DNA from: Candidatus Krumholzibacteriia bacterium
GTDB lineage: Bacteria > Krumholzibacteriota > Krumholzibacteriia > WVZY01 > JAKEHA01
Reading direction: 5' to 3'
Length of the DNA stretch: 49,050 bases
Assembly (NCBI GenBank): GCA_036376395.1
Contig: DASVAK010000057.1
Coordinates: forward strand, 1-49,050
In this document: positions 18,893 to 27,193 of the stretch, in pieces
How the letters are laid out: every line of letters starts with the position of its first letter
Position numbering within the stretch: position 1 is the stretch's first letter
Translations under genes and position numbers: made by a program
Notes under the pieces: model-generated
The model's database searches: none
What the model was told of the DNA's origin: nothing
The model's input: the letters and a program-made list of their open reading frames with translations, nothing else

Positions 18893-20293
18893 ATGGGGAA
18901 GACGATTCTCATCATCGATGACGAGAAGACGATCCGGTGGTCGCTGGCGGAAGCGCTGGTGGCGAGCGGCTACGAAACCGTGGACGCGGACACCGCCGCG
19001 GCAGGGATCGCGCGGTTCCGCGAGACGTGCCCCGACCTCGTGCTGCTCGACATGAAGCTGCCCGACGGCTCCGGGCTCGACATCCTGCGCGCCATCCGCG
19101 CCGAGGACACCACCGTGCCCGTCGTCATCATGACGGCGTACGCGGAGGTGGAGGCGGCCGTCGAGGCGATGAAGCTGGGTGCCTATGACTTCGTGCCCAA
19201 ACCCTATTCGGTCGAGAAGCTGCGCGTGACGATCGCCAACGCGATGGAGACCGAGCGGCTCAAGACCGAGATCGCCTATCTTCGCTCCGGCTCGAGCAGC
19301 GGCACCGTGCTCAAGCACTTCATCGGCCGCAGCGCCGCCATGCAGGAGATCTTCGAGAAGATCCGCAAGATCGGTCAGAGCAAGGCCACCACGATCCTCA
19401 TCACGGGCGAGAGCGGGGCGGGCAAGGAACTGGTGGCGCGCGCGATCCACGCCTGCAGCCACGACGAACCGCGGCCGTTCATGGAGATCAACTGCGCGTC
19501 GGTGCCGGAGACGCTGCTCGAGAGCGAGCTGTTCGGCTACGAGAAGGGCGCATTCACCGATGCGAAGTCGCGCAAGGCCGGGCTCGTCGAGCTGGCGGAG
19601 GGCGGGACGCTCTTCCTGGACGAGATCGGCGAGATGGGCATCACCCTCCAGTCCCGTCTGCTGCGCGTGCTCGAGAACAAGACCTTCCGTCGTGTGGGGG
19701 GCGTCAAGGACCTGACCGTCAACACGCGCATCGTCTCGGCGACCAACCGCGACCTGAGCCAGGCGATCAAGGACAAGCAGTTCCGCGAGGATCTCTACTA
19801 CCGACTCAAGGTGATCCCGCTGCAGATCCCGCCCCTGCGCGAGCGCCGCGACGACATCCCGCACCTGGTGGCGCACTTCATCGAGCGCTTCAACCGCGAG
19901 CTCGGCAAGCAGGTCTCGATGCCGGGTGCGGACGTGATGGAGCTGCTCGTCCGTTACGACTGGCCGGGCAACGTTCGCGAGCTCAAGAACGTGATCGAGC
20001 GCGCCATGCTGCTCGACGCCCAGGAGGCTCTGCTCGTGGCACACCTGCCGACAGAGATCCGGGGCGGCGCGCCGATCGACATTCCGATGGCGCGGGCCTC
20101 GTCGGCCAGCATCAGCGATCCGTTCTTCCCGATGACGCTGCGCGACGTCGAGCGCATCCAGATCGAGCGGACGCTCGAGCAGACCAACGGCAACAAGTCT
20201 CGGGCGGCCGCGATCCTCGGCATCTCGCGCCAGACCCTGCGCGAGAAGTTGAAGACGTTCCACGGCGTGGACGACGTCGCGACCGGGGCGTAG
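18893..20293 (+). CDS. sigma54-dependent response regulator (NtrC family; canonical receiver, AAA+, Fis HTH)
   Basis: ATG 18893 follows GGAGGAG. Receiver: ILIIDDE..LVLLDMKLPDGSG..VIMTAY..KP. AAA+: GESGAGKE, EKGAFTDA, GTLFLDEIGE. HTH: AAAILGISRQTLREKL. Confidence 0.95.
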   Translation: MGKTILIIDDEKTIRWSLAEALVASGYETVDADTAAAGIARFRETCPDLVLLDMKLPDGSGLDILRAIRAEDTTVPVVIMTAYAEVEAAVEAMKLGAYDFVPKPYSVEKLRVTIANAMETERLKTEIAYLRSGSSSGTVLKHFIGRSAAMQEIFEKIRKIGQSKATTILITGESGAGKELVARAIHACSHDEPRPFMEINCASVPETLLESELFGYEKGAFTDAKSRKAGLVELAEGGTLFLDEIGEMGITLQSRLLRVLENKTFRRVGGVKDLTVNTRIVSATNRDLSQAIKDKQFREDLYYRLKVIPLQIPPLRERRDDIPHLVAHFIERFNRELGKQVSMPGADVMELLVRYDWPGNVRELKNVIERAMLLDAQEALLVAHLPTEIRGGAPIDIPMARASSASISDPFFPMTLRDVERIQIERTLEQTNGNKSRAAAILGISRQTLREKLKTFHGVDDVATGA

Positions 20294-20326
20294 CCGCGCC
20301 GGTGGTCAGTTCTTTCCCGCCCCTGG

Positions 20327-20363
20327 CCCCGGTGGCCGGCAAAAACCGGCCAGCGGGGCCTTT
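20327..20363 (+). terminator. hairpin downstream of the NtrC-type gene
   Basis: CCCCG-gt-GGCCGG-CAAAAA-CCGGCC-ag-CGGGG, followed by CCTTTC (weak U-tract). Confidence 0.45.
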
Positions 20364-20450
20364 CGGTGAGCGCGGGCCACGTTCCGCAACTCACGGCTAA
20401 CCTGCTGACAGGACTGATCTTGCCGGCCCGGGCCGGCGCTCTCCGTTCCG

Positions 20451-20466
20451 GGGCACGTGCCTTGCC
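20451..20466 (+). promoter_or_regulatory. sigma54 (-24/-12) promoter
   Basis: GGGCACGTGCCTTGCC, i.e. GGCACG-N4-TTGC, with GG at 20452-53 and GC at 20464-65. The spacing is exactly the consensus, in an intergenic region directly downstream of a sigma54 activator gene. Confidence 0.65.
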
Positions 20467-20478
20467 TTGACGGCGGGC

Positions 20479-21288
20479 ATGACCCGCATCCCACGCCACG
20501 ACCACGACACCTTCCCGGCCCGCGACGCTCACCGTGCGCGCGCGGTGCGCGGGGCGCACGAGCTGCTTCGCGGTCTCGAAGTGATGCCCGCCGCCGAATG
20601 CGACGAGCGCGACATGGACCTCATGCGCTCGCTCGACACGCTCTTCGCGCAGATGATCCGCGCCACCCGTCACACCTCGGGCTCGGTGCGGGCGTATGCG
20701 TCGCTGATCGAGGATGGGTACGACACGACATCCAACGCGGTCGCGTGGGCGGCGCGCATTTCGAAAGCCGTGGGCGACCTCGACGACTACTCGACGCGCG
20801 TCGCGGCGCTGCGCATGTGCGATTCCGAACGCGCGAGCGAGATGCGCTGGGCGGATGTGCTCGCGCGCATCGCGGCGCGCTGCGGGTCGCTCGGCGCGTG
20901 TACCATCGAGATGGTGGACCGCACGACGGGAACTTTTCGTCACCGCGGCGAATGGGTCGCGCGCGCACTCTTCCATCCGCTGCGCAACGCCGTCGAGGCG
21001 ACGCCGCGCGGCGGCATCGTGCGCGTGCGCGCCGACCAGGTCCGCATCGAGGGTTTCCCCGCGGTGCACGTGCGCATCACCGATGCGGGGCAGGGAATCG
21101 ATCCGCGCATGGACGTGCGCGACATCTGGAAGCCTTTTACCACCAGCAAAGCAAACCATGCCGGCCTCGGGCTCGCGTACGTCTCCGCGTGCGCACCGCG
21201 GCTCGGAATGGTCAACGGCGTTCGCAGTGAGGCGTCGGGAACGACGTTTCACGGAATCATCTTCGAACAAGGAGAACTCTCATGGTAA
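20479..21288 (+). CDS. soluble histidine-kinase-like protein (short N-terminus, HisKA-like His, HATPase)
   Basis: Candidate H-box FAQMIRATRHTSGSVRAYASLIE. HATPase motifs HPLRNAVEA, ITDAGQGID, HAGLGLAYV. The track start TTG 20467 lies inside the sigma54 promoter, so the first in-frame ATG (20479) or a later start (GTG 20581 / ATG 20584) is more likely. Confidence 0.75.
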   Translation: MTRIPRHDHDTFPARDAHRARAVRGAHELLRGLEVMPAAECDERDMDLMRSLDTLFAQMIRATRHTSGSVRAYASLIEDGYDTTSNAVAWAARISKAVGDLDDYSTRVAALRMCDSERASEMRWADVLARIAARCGSLGACTIEMVDRTTGTFRHRGEWVARALFHPLRNAVEATPRGGIVRVRADQVRIEGFPAVHVRITDAGQGIDPRMDVRDIWKPFTTSKANHAGLGLAYVSACAPRLGMVNGVRSEASGTTFHGIIFEQGELSW

Positions 21289-21851
21289 CCAGCGTGCTCT
21301 TGATCGGCACTGACACGGCCTGGAACGGCACCGACGCGGAAGTCGGCCGCGCCTCCACCGCGGCGGATGCGCTCGCCTCGCTCTCGCGCCGTCCGTGGGA
21401 CGTCGTGGTCGCGGGCCGCGTCGCCGACTCGACCACCGACGCGTTGCTCTCCAACCTGTCGCGCCGCTACCCGGCCATCCCGGTGATCGCAGTGACCGAC
21501 GAACAGAACCACGAGACGCGCCGGTACGCGTGGGAGATGGTTCGCCCCGGAACCCCGGTGGAGGACGCCGTGCGTCGCGCGGCCGAGCTGGCCCGGCTTC
21601 GCCGCGAAGTGTCCCGCCTGGGGCGCGAGCGCGAGGACGTCGTGGTCGGACCGGTAGTCGCGCGCGCGTTCGAGCAGGGCTCGGTGCGCGAGATGGAGCG
21701 GCTCATGATCGAGGCGCGCCTGGGCCGCCTCAACCAGAACCGGACCCATGCCGCCGCCTCGCTCGAGATCAGCGTGCGGACGCTGCGCAACAAGCTGCGC
21801 GAGTACCGGGAGTCCCCGCGCGTGGAGGCGACGCCGGTCGAACCGCGTTGA
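21282..21851 (+). CDS. pseudo-receiver plus Fis-type HTH regulator (no AAA+ module)
   Basis: The ATG overlaps the upstream stop (ATGGTAA), with GGAGAA SD. It has a receiver-like fold, but Gly/Ala occupy the phospho-acceptor position (WDVVVAGRV). C-terminal HTH: AAASLEISVRTLRNKLREY. Confidence 0.8.
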   Translation: MVTSVLLIGTDTAWNGTDAEVGRASTAADALASLSRRPWDVVVAGRVADSTTDALLSNLSRRYPAIPVIAVTDEQNHETRRYAWEMVRPGTPVEDAVRRAAELARLRREVSRLGREREDVVVGPVVARAFEQGSVREMERLMIEARLGRLNQNRTHAAASLEISVRTLRNKLREYRESPRVEATPVEPR

Positions 21852-21876
21852 CACCCTGACAGTTCGTCTTTAGATT
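21848..21876 (+). promoter_or_regulatory. candidate sigma70 promoter of the second sigma54 activator
   Basis: TTGACA (21848..21853, overlapping the upstream TGA), 17 nt, TAGATT (21871..21876). The ATG lies 12 nt further on, with no SD. Confidence 0.5.
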
Positions 21877-21877
21877 T

Positions 21878-21907
21878 CCTGCAGTGAAATGATTGATTCA
21901 CTGCAGG
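21878..21907. promoter_or_regulatory. perfect 11-bp inverted repeat bracketing the ATG of the activator gene (candidate operator)
   Basis: CCTGCAGTGAA-ATGATTGA-TTCACTGCAGG. The start codon at 21889 lies in the 8-nt spacer. Confidence 0.8.
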
Positions 21908-23391
21908 TTCATCTCCTGGTCCTCTCCACGGATGCGACAATCCGCCAGTCCGTGGGAGGACCAGCTGTTTCTGCGCGGGTGGAGTTCGTGCCCACCACGG
22001 CGGGGCTCTTCGACGCCCTGACCGAGACCACCGCCGCCATCCTGGTCGACCAGGCCGCCGAGCCGGCGTACCTGTCGGTGATCCGCCGGGCGCGCAAGAC
22101 GGCTCCGGGCCTCGATGCCATCGTGGTGGGCGGGCCCAAGGCCGAGAGCGTGCGGCGTGACGAACGCTCGGAAGGCGTCGATCTCTACATCGAGCGCCCC
22201 ATCGACCCCGCCGGCCTGCGCGCGTCGCTCGAGCACCGGCTCGCGCTGGTGGCCCTCAAGGCCAGCACGGGCATCATCGGGCGCAGCCCCGGCCTCGAGG
22301 AGCTGCTCCAGTCGGTACTGCTCGTCGCACCCACCGAAGTTCCCATCCTGATCCAGGGCGAGAGCGGCACCGGCAAGGACGTGATCGCGCGCGCCATCCA
22401 CGCGCAGAGCTCGCGCCGCGACCGCCCCTTCGAAGCCATCAACTGCGGAGCGCTCGCCGAGGGCGTGCTGGAGAGCGAGCTCTTCGGTCACGAGAAGGGC
22501 TCATTCACGGGCGCGGTGGCGCGGCGCCCGGGGCTTTTCGAGCGCGCCAACAGCGGCACCGTGTTTCTCGACGAAGTGGGCGAGATGAGCGCGAACATGC
22601 AGGTGCGCCTGCTGCGCGTGCTCGAGTCCGGCGAGGTGCTGCGGGTCGGCGGCGTGGCGGGTTTCAAGGTGAACGTGCGCGTCGTCGCGGCGACCAATCG
22701 CAACCTCGGCGAATCCGTCCGCGACGGCCATTTCCGCCAGGATCTCTACTACCGGCTCAAGGGCGTGAGCCTGTACCTCCCGCCGCTGCGCGAGCGGCGC
22801 GACGACATCCCGCTGCTGGTGCAACACTTCATCGCGCTCGCCGACCGCACGCACCACAAGTCGGTGCGTGGCGTCGAGGCCGATGCCATGCGCCGGTTGA
22901 TCGAGCACCCGTGGCCCGGGAACATCCGCGAGCTCAGGAACGTGATCGAGACGCTGGTGGTGCTCTCGCCCGGACCGCGTATCCCGCGCGCACTGGTGGA
23001 TACGCACCTCGCGGACGACGCGCCGCACGGCCCGACCACCATGCTGCCGGTCCCGCTCGGGCGAAGCCGCGACGACGCCGAGCGCGAGATGCTGTACGGG
23101 TCGATCCTCGCGCTGCACCGCGACGTGCGCGAGATCCTGCGGCTGCTGCGCGAGGAGGGTCCCGGGATCACCGGGTTCGCGCGCGAGGCGGGCCCGGTCG
23201 ATAACCTGCGCGAGGTGCGCACCACCGACGGCGAGCCCCGCGATCGTACCCTCAGCCTGAACCAGCTCGAGCGCGCCGCGGTGCGGGAGGCGCTCAACCG
23301 CGCGGCAGGGAACCGCCGCAAGGCCGCCGACTACCTCGGCATCTCGGAACGCACCCTGTACCGCAAGATCAAGGAATACGGGCTGGCGTGA
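21889..23391 (+). CDS. sigma54-dependent Fis-family activator with atypical receiver domain
   Basis: AAA+ motifs [45 protein letters not shown]. The receiver keeps an Asp (ILVDQ) but lacks the conserved Thr/Ser and Lys (IERP). Confidence 0.9.
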   Translation: MIDSLQVHLLVLSTDATIRQSVGGPAVSARVEFVPTTAGLFDALTETTAAILVDQAAEPAYLSVIRRARKTAPGLDAIVVGGPKAESVRRDERSEGVDLYIERPIDPAGLRASLEHRLALVALKASTGIIGRSPGLEELLQSVLLVAPTEVPILIQGESGTGKDVIARAIHAQSSRRDRPFEAINCGALAEGVLESELFGHEKGSFTGAVARRPGLFERANSGTVFLDEVGEMSANMQVRLLRVLESGEVLRVGGVAGFKVNVRVVAATNRNLGESVRDGHFRQDLYYRLKGVSLYLPPLRERRDDIPLLVQHFIALADRTHHKSVRGVEADAMRRLIEHPWPGNIRELRNVIETLVVLSPGPRIPRALVDTHLADDAPHGPTTMLPVPLGRSRDDAEREMLYGSILALHRDVREILRLLREEGPGITGFAREAGPVDNLREVRTTDGEPRDRTLSLNQLERAAVREALNRAAGNRRKAADYLGISERTLYRKIKEYGLA

Positions 23392-23666
23392 CTGGAGGCG
23401 GCGCGGGTCCTGTCCGCGAGCAGCCCCCTTCGGACTGCGCCGCGCGGCCGTTGCCTGGTACATCGACAGACTCAACGACTTTACCCGGGCGCGGCTCCGT
23501 CCTCGGGGCGCCGCCCCGCTCGCGGCCACCCGCGCGTGGCGCCTGATGCCATTTTTCGCTCTTTCTACCGGGGCGCGGCAACGGGTATACTTTTCGACGA
23601 AGCCCTCCCCTGTAACAGCTCATGAAGTTTCTAGAAACCTCCCCGACCCCGTTGCCAAGGATCGCC

Positions 23667-24701
23667 ATGAGGATTTGTATCTCCGGACTCGCCCTGGTCT
23701 CGATGGTTGCCATCGCCGCACCCGCCGGCGCCACGCGGCTTGCCGGCGAGTTCATGGGGCTCGGAGCCGGCGCGCGCGCGCTCGGCATGGGCGGGGCCTT
23801 CGCGGCCGTCGCGGACGACGCTTCGGCGGTGTACTGGAACCCGGCCGGCATGGCGGGCATCCAGAAGCGACAGGCGCTGGCCATGCACGCCGAGCAGTTC
23901 GGCGACCTGGTGAACTACAACTTCGGTGCGTACGTCCAGCCGACGACGTGGCTCGATCCGGCGCGCAAGCCTGCCTTCGGCGTGGCGCTCATCCATCTTG
24001 GCAGTCCCGAGCAGGCGATCACGAACGATCTCATCTACAACGACCTGAATGGCAATGGAGATTTCGACCCGGATGAGGGCGAGGTGCTCACAGACAAGAA
24101 CGGGGTACCGTACCAGAACGTTTCACTCAAGTCTGAATCGAACAACAGCTTCGCCGGCTTCGGCAGTATTGCGATAGAAACGAGCCACGGAAAGATCGGC
24201 GGAACGCTCAAGCTGATCTACGAAGACTACATTGCCGGCGAAACCGACATGGGTATCGGAATCGACCTGGGGTACCTGCGCGAGGACTTCCTCACGCCGC
24301 GACTCTCGGTGGGTGCCAAGCTCCAGGATGCGACGGGCACCTACCTCAGCTGGAGCACCGGCACCAACGAATTCATCGTGCCCATGCTCAAGGTCGGCAG
24401 CGCGTATCGCATCGTATCTACCGGCTTCAAAGGCTCGCTGCTTCTCGCGGTCGACGCCGACATGTATTTCGACGATCGCCAGCAGGCGTCGCAGTTCTGG
24501 ACGGAGACGTTCAGCGCCGACCTGCACCTGGGCGCCGAATTGAACTTCCAGGACCACGTGATGATCCGCGGCGGACTCGACGCCGAGAATCCGACCGCGG
24601 GCGCGGGCGTCTACTTCGGCATGTTCGGACTGGACTACGCCTACTTGAACCACGACGCGTTCGAAGCCACGCATCGCGTCTCGATCCTCGCGAGTTTCTA
24701 G
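23667..24701 (+). CDS. PorV/PorQ-family-like outer-membrane beta-barrel protein
   Basis: ATG 23667 follows AAGGA and there is a signal peptide (LVSMVAIAAPAGA). GLGAGARALGMGGAFAAVADDASAVYWNPAGMAGI matches the family N-terminal signature (from memory). C-terminus ends ..ILASF. The ORF stays open from 23622. Confidence 0.65.
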   Translation: MRICISGLALVSMVAIAAPAGATRLAGEFMGLGAGARALGMGGAFAAVADDASAVYWNPAGMAGIQKRQALAMHAEQFGDLVNYNFGAYVQPTTWLDPARKPAFGVALIHLGSPEQAITNDLIYNDLNGNGDFDPDEGEVLTDKNGVPYQNVSLKSESNNSFAGFGSIAIETSHGKIGGTLKLIYEDYIAGETDMGIGIDLGYLREDFLTPRLSVGAKLQDATGTYLSWSTGTNEFIVPMLKVGSAYRIVSTGFKGSLLLAVDADMYFDDRQQASQFWTETFSADLHLGAELNFQDHVMIRGGLDAENPTAGAGVYFGMFGLDYAYLNHDAFEATHRVSILASF

Positions 24702-25034
24702 ACAGAGACTTCGGCTGCGGGCAGGGTGCGCGCTCCCGGCCCGCGCTCCGCTTCAGTCGGCTTCCCTTCGTCGGCCGAAATCACGTTGATAGCGGCCTCC
24801 TCGGGTGATCCTCCTTCGCTCTCGCGGACGGGCCGTTCCGCGCGCACCCTGTCCGCGCCTCCGGCGTTGTTCCAAGGAAGACAGCGGTGCACGCGCGGGT
24901 GGCCGCGAGCGCCTGAGCGAGTCGAGCGTCGGCGGCGAACGCGATTTGTCGACGCGCGCTTCGAACAAATGACATTGCGCGCGGAGACCTGAGCGGAGCG
25001 CCGACGCGAGCGAGCCATCGCTGCCGTTAGAGCA

Positions 25035-25080
25035 CAAAAAAAGGACCCGCACGGCGATTTGCCGGCGGGTCCTTTGTATT
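25035..25080. terminator. bidirectional rho-independent terminator
   Basis: AGGACCCGC(A)CGGC-GATTT-GCCGGCGGGTCCT stem, flanked by A7 upstream and TTTGTATT downstream. It lies 15 nt beyond the MltD-like stop. Confidence 0.75.
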
Positions 25081-25095
25081 GAAGAGCAGGAATCC

Positions 25096-27012
25096 CTAGC
25101 GGGGGTTCTGGCTGTCCATCCGCGGGGTCCAGATGACCAGCACGTCGCCCGGGCGGATGTTCGAGCGCGTGAGTCCGTTCCACGACATGAGGTCCTGCGT
25201 GGAAACGTTGAACTGCCGCCCGATGGAATAGAGCGATTCGCCGCGCTCGACGACGTGCTTCGTCTTCGAGAAGCGCGATTCGTCGGCCGCGACCACGTTG
25301 ACACTCGAACTGCCGCGCGCGTCGGCCGTCTCGTACGACTCGGGCACGTAGACCTTGAGCCTCTGGCCGGGATAGATGTGCTTGCGGCGCGAGAGATTGT
25401 TCCACGAGCGCAGGCGGTCGGTGCTGGTGTGGTAGCGCTCGGCGATCTGTCCCAGCGTGTCGCCCTTGCGGACCACGTGGACCACCTTGCGGCTGCCATC
25501 GGGCGCCGACGCGACCGCGCCGACGCGCTGCGCGTAGCGCTCGCCGTAACGCGTCAGCGCGTCGCGGTCGAGCCCTTCGCTCGGATTCATGTACTCGGGC
25601 TTGGAGTTGGCGAGCCCCGAACTGGGCACGGCGCCGCCCGCCTTCGGAATCATCAGCGTCTGGCCCACGCGGAGCATGCTCTTGCGCTTGAGATTGTTCG
25701 CATCACGCACCGCTTCCACGGAGGTGCCGTAGCGGCCCGCGATCGCGGACAGCGTCTCGCCCTTCTTCACACGGTGCTCGCTCCACTGGAGGCGCTCATC
25801 GGCGGGGAGCTTCGCGATCGCGGCGAGCGTCGCGTCGCCGGCGCCGTAGGGAACCTTCACGTGGATCTCCATGTTGGGAGGAGTCGCGCCGCGGCGAAGC
25901 TGCGGGTTGAGCTCCTTGAGGACGTCCGTCGTCGTCCCCGCGCAGCGCGCGAGCACGTCGAGGTCGGTGGCCTCCGACACGGTCACGATGTCGTAGCGGA
26001 TGGGCTCGACCTGGGGAATGGTGAAGCCGTACTTCTCCGGCTCGCGCATGATATAGAGCGCGGCCAAGAATTTCGGCACGTAGCGCTCGGTCTGCAGCGG
26101 CAGATCGAGCAGCCAGAAGTTCTCCGACTTCTGGCGGGCGATCTGGCGCGCCACGCGGTACTCGCCGCAGTTGTAGGCCGCGAACGCGAGGTACCAGTCA
26201 CCCCAGATGTCGTAGAGATCCTTGAGGTAGTTGCACGCGGCGTAGGTCGACGCGACCACGTCGCAGCGCTCGTCGAACCACCAGTTGTAGCGCAGGTTGT
26301 AGCGCTTCCCGGTGCCCTTGATGAACTGCCACGGACCCACCGCGCTCGCGGTGGAAACGGCCCTCATGGCGAAGCCGCTTTCAATGAAGGCAATGCAGAT
26401 GAGCTCCTGCGGCATATCCTTCTCGTCGAGGATGCGCTCCACCGTCGGCCGGTGCAGCTGCATGCGGTAGAGCGCGCGCTCGAAGCGCTCGCGCCCCGGG
26501 CCGGTGAAGTACGTCAGCCAGAAATCGATGCGCGAGTTGCTGATCGTGGGGAAGATGCTGTTGCTGCCGAATATGGGGCCCTCGCTCGTGCCCGGCGATT
26601 CCGGCCACATCGAGTTGGCCAGCGCGAGGCTGTCCTCGGTGGCGCTGTACTCGCTGTCCTCGATCAGGACGTCGGTCTGCAGCGTGTCGAGCGCGCTCAG
26701 GGAGTTGAGCAAGCGCGCGAACGCAGGCTGCGTCTCGGCGTGCGGGTGCAGGCGGATGTAATTATTGACGTCCTCGACCAGCGAATCGCGCGACGAGGTG
26801 AAGCGCTCCGCGTCGCCGGCGGTCTGGTACCGCTTGGTCTGTTCCAGGCGGGCGGTGAATCCGTCAACCGACGCCGGGGAGTTTTCGGCCAGGGCCGGCT
26901 CCGGAGCCAGCGCGGGGGCAATGGCGCTATCGCGGCTCGACGAGCACCCGATGGCGGCAAGGGTGATCGAACCGGCAATGATCAGTTGCCCGATGGAGTT
27001 GCGCAGTGTCAC
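25096..27012 (-). CDS. MltD-like lytic transglycosylase lipoprotein (SLT domain plus 3 LysM)
   Basis: GTG 27012 is preceded by AGGAGG, and the lipobox is LAAIG|C. SLT motif: AFIESGFAMRAVSTASAVGPWQF. Three LysM repeats: HRVKKGETLSAIAGRYG.., HVVRKGDTLGQIAERYH.., HVVERGESLYSIGRQFN... Confidence 0.9.
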   Translation of the reverse strand: MTLRNSIGQLIIAGSITLAAIGCSSSRDSAIAPALAPEPALAENSPASVDGFTARLEQTKRYQTAGDAERFTSSRDSLVEDVNNYIRLHPHAETQPAFARLLNSLSALDTLQTDVLIEDSEYSATEDSLALANSMWPESPGTSEGPIFGSNSIFPTISNSRIDFWLTYFTGPGRERFERALYRMQLHRPTVERILDEKDMPQELICIAFIESGFAMRAVSTASAVGPWQFIKGTGKRYNLRYNWWFDERCDVVASTYAACNYLKDLYDIWGDWYLAFAAYNCGEYRVARQIARQKSENFWLLDLPLQTERYVPKFLAALYIMREPEKYGFTIPQVEPIRYDIVTVSEATDLDVLARCAGTTTDVLKELNPQLRRGATPPNMEIHVKVPYGAGDATLAAIAKLPADERLQWSEHRVKKGETLSAIAGRYGTSVEAVRDANNLKRKSMLRVGQTLMIPKAGGAVPSSGLANSKPEYMNPSEGLDRDALTRYGERYAQRVGAVASAPDGSRKVVHVVRKGDTLGQIAERYHTSTDRLRSWNNLSRRKHIYPGQRLKVYVPESYETADARGSSSVNVVAADESRFSKTKHVVERGESLYSIGRQFNVSTQDLMSWNGLTRSNIRPGDVLVIWTPRMDSQNPR

Positions 27013-27193
27013 GAGGTGCCTCCTGGAGCGCTGGGGAGCGCCTTGCGAGAAGTTAAGTCCCCGGCAATATGAGTCATGTATTGAGCAATCGGCAAGCCAA
27101 AATCGGCCCACCGACGCCACGAGCGGGCCGACGCTTGCGAAACCGGTGGAAATGGGGAGCGTAATACGGATAAAATAAGGTAGTTGCAAGACG

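Noticed and set aside
23530-23560. TGGCGCCTGATGCC upstream of the PorV-like gene as a sigma54 promoter
   Set aside because: The GG-to-GC spacing is 2 nt too short, and sigma54 spacing is strict. No other correctly spaced element was found in 23392..23666.
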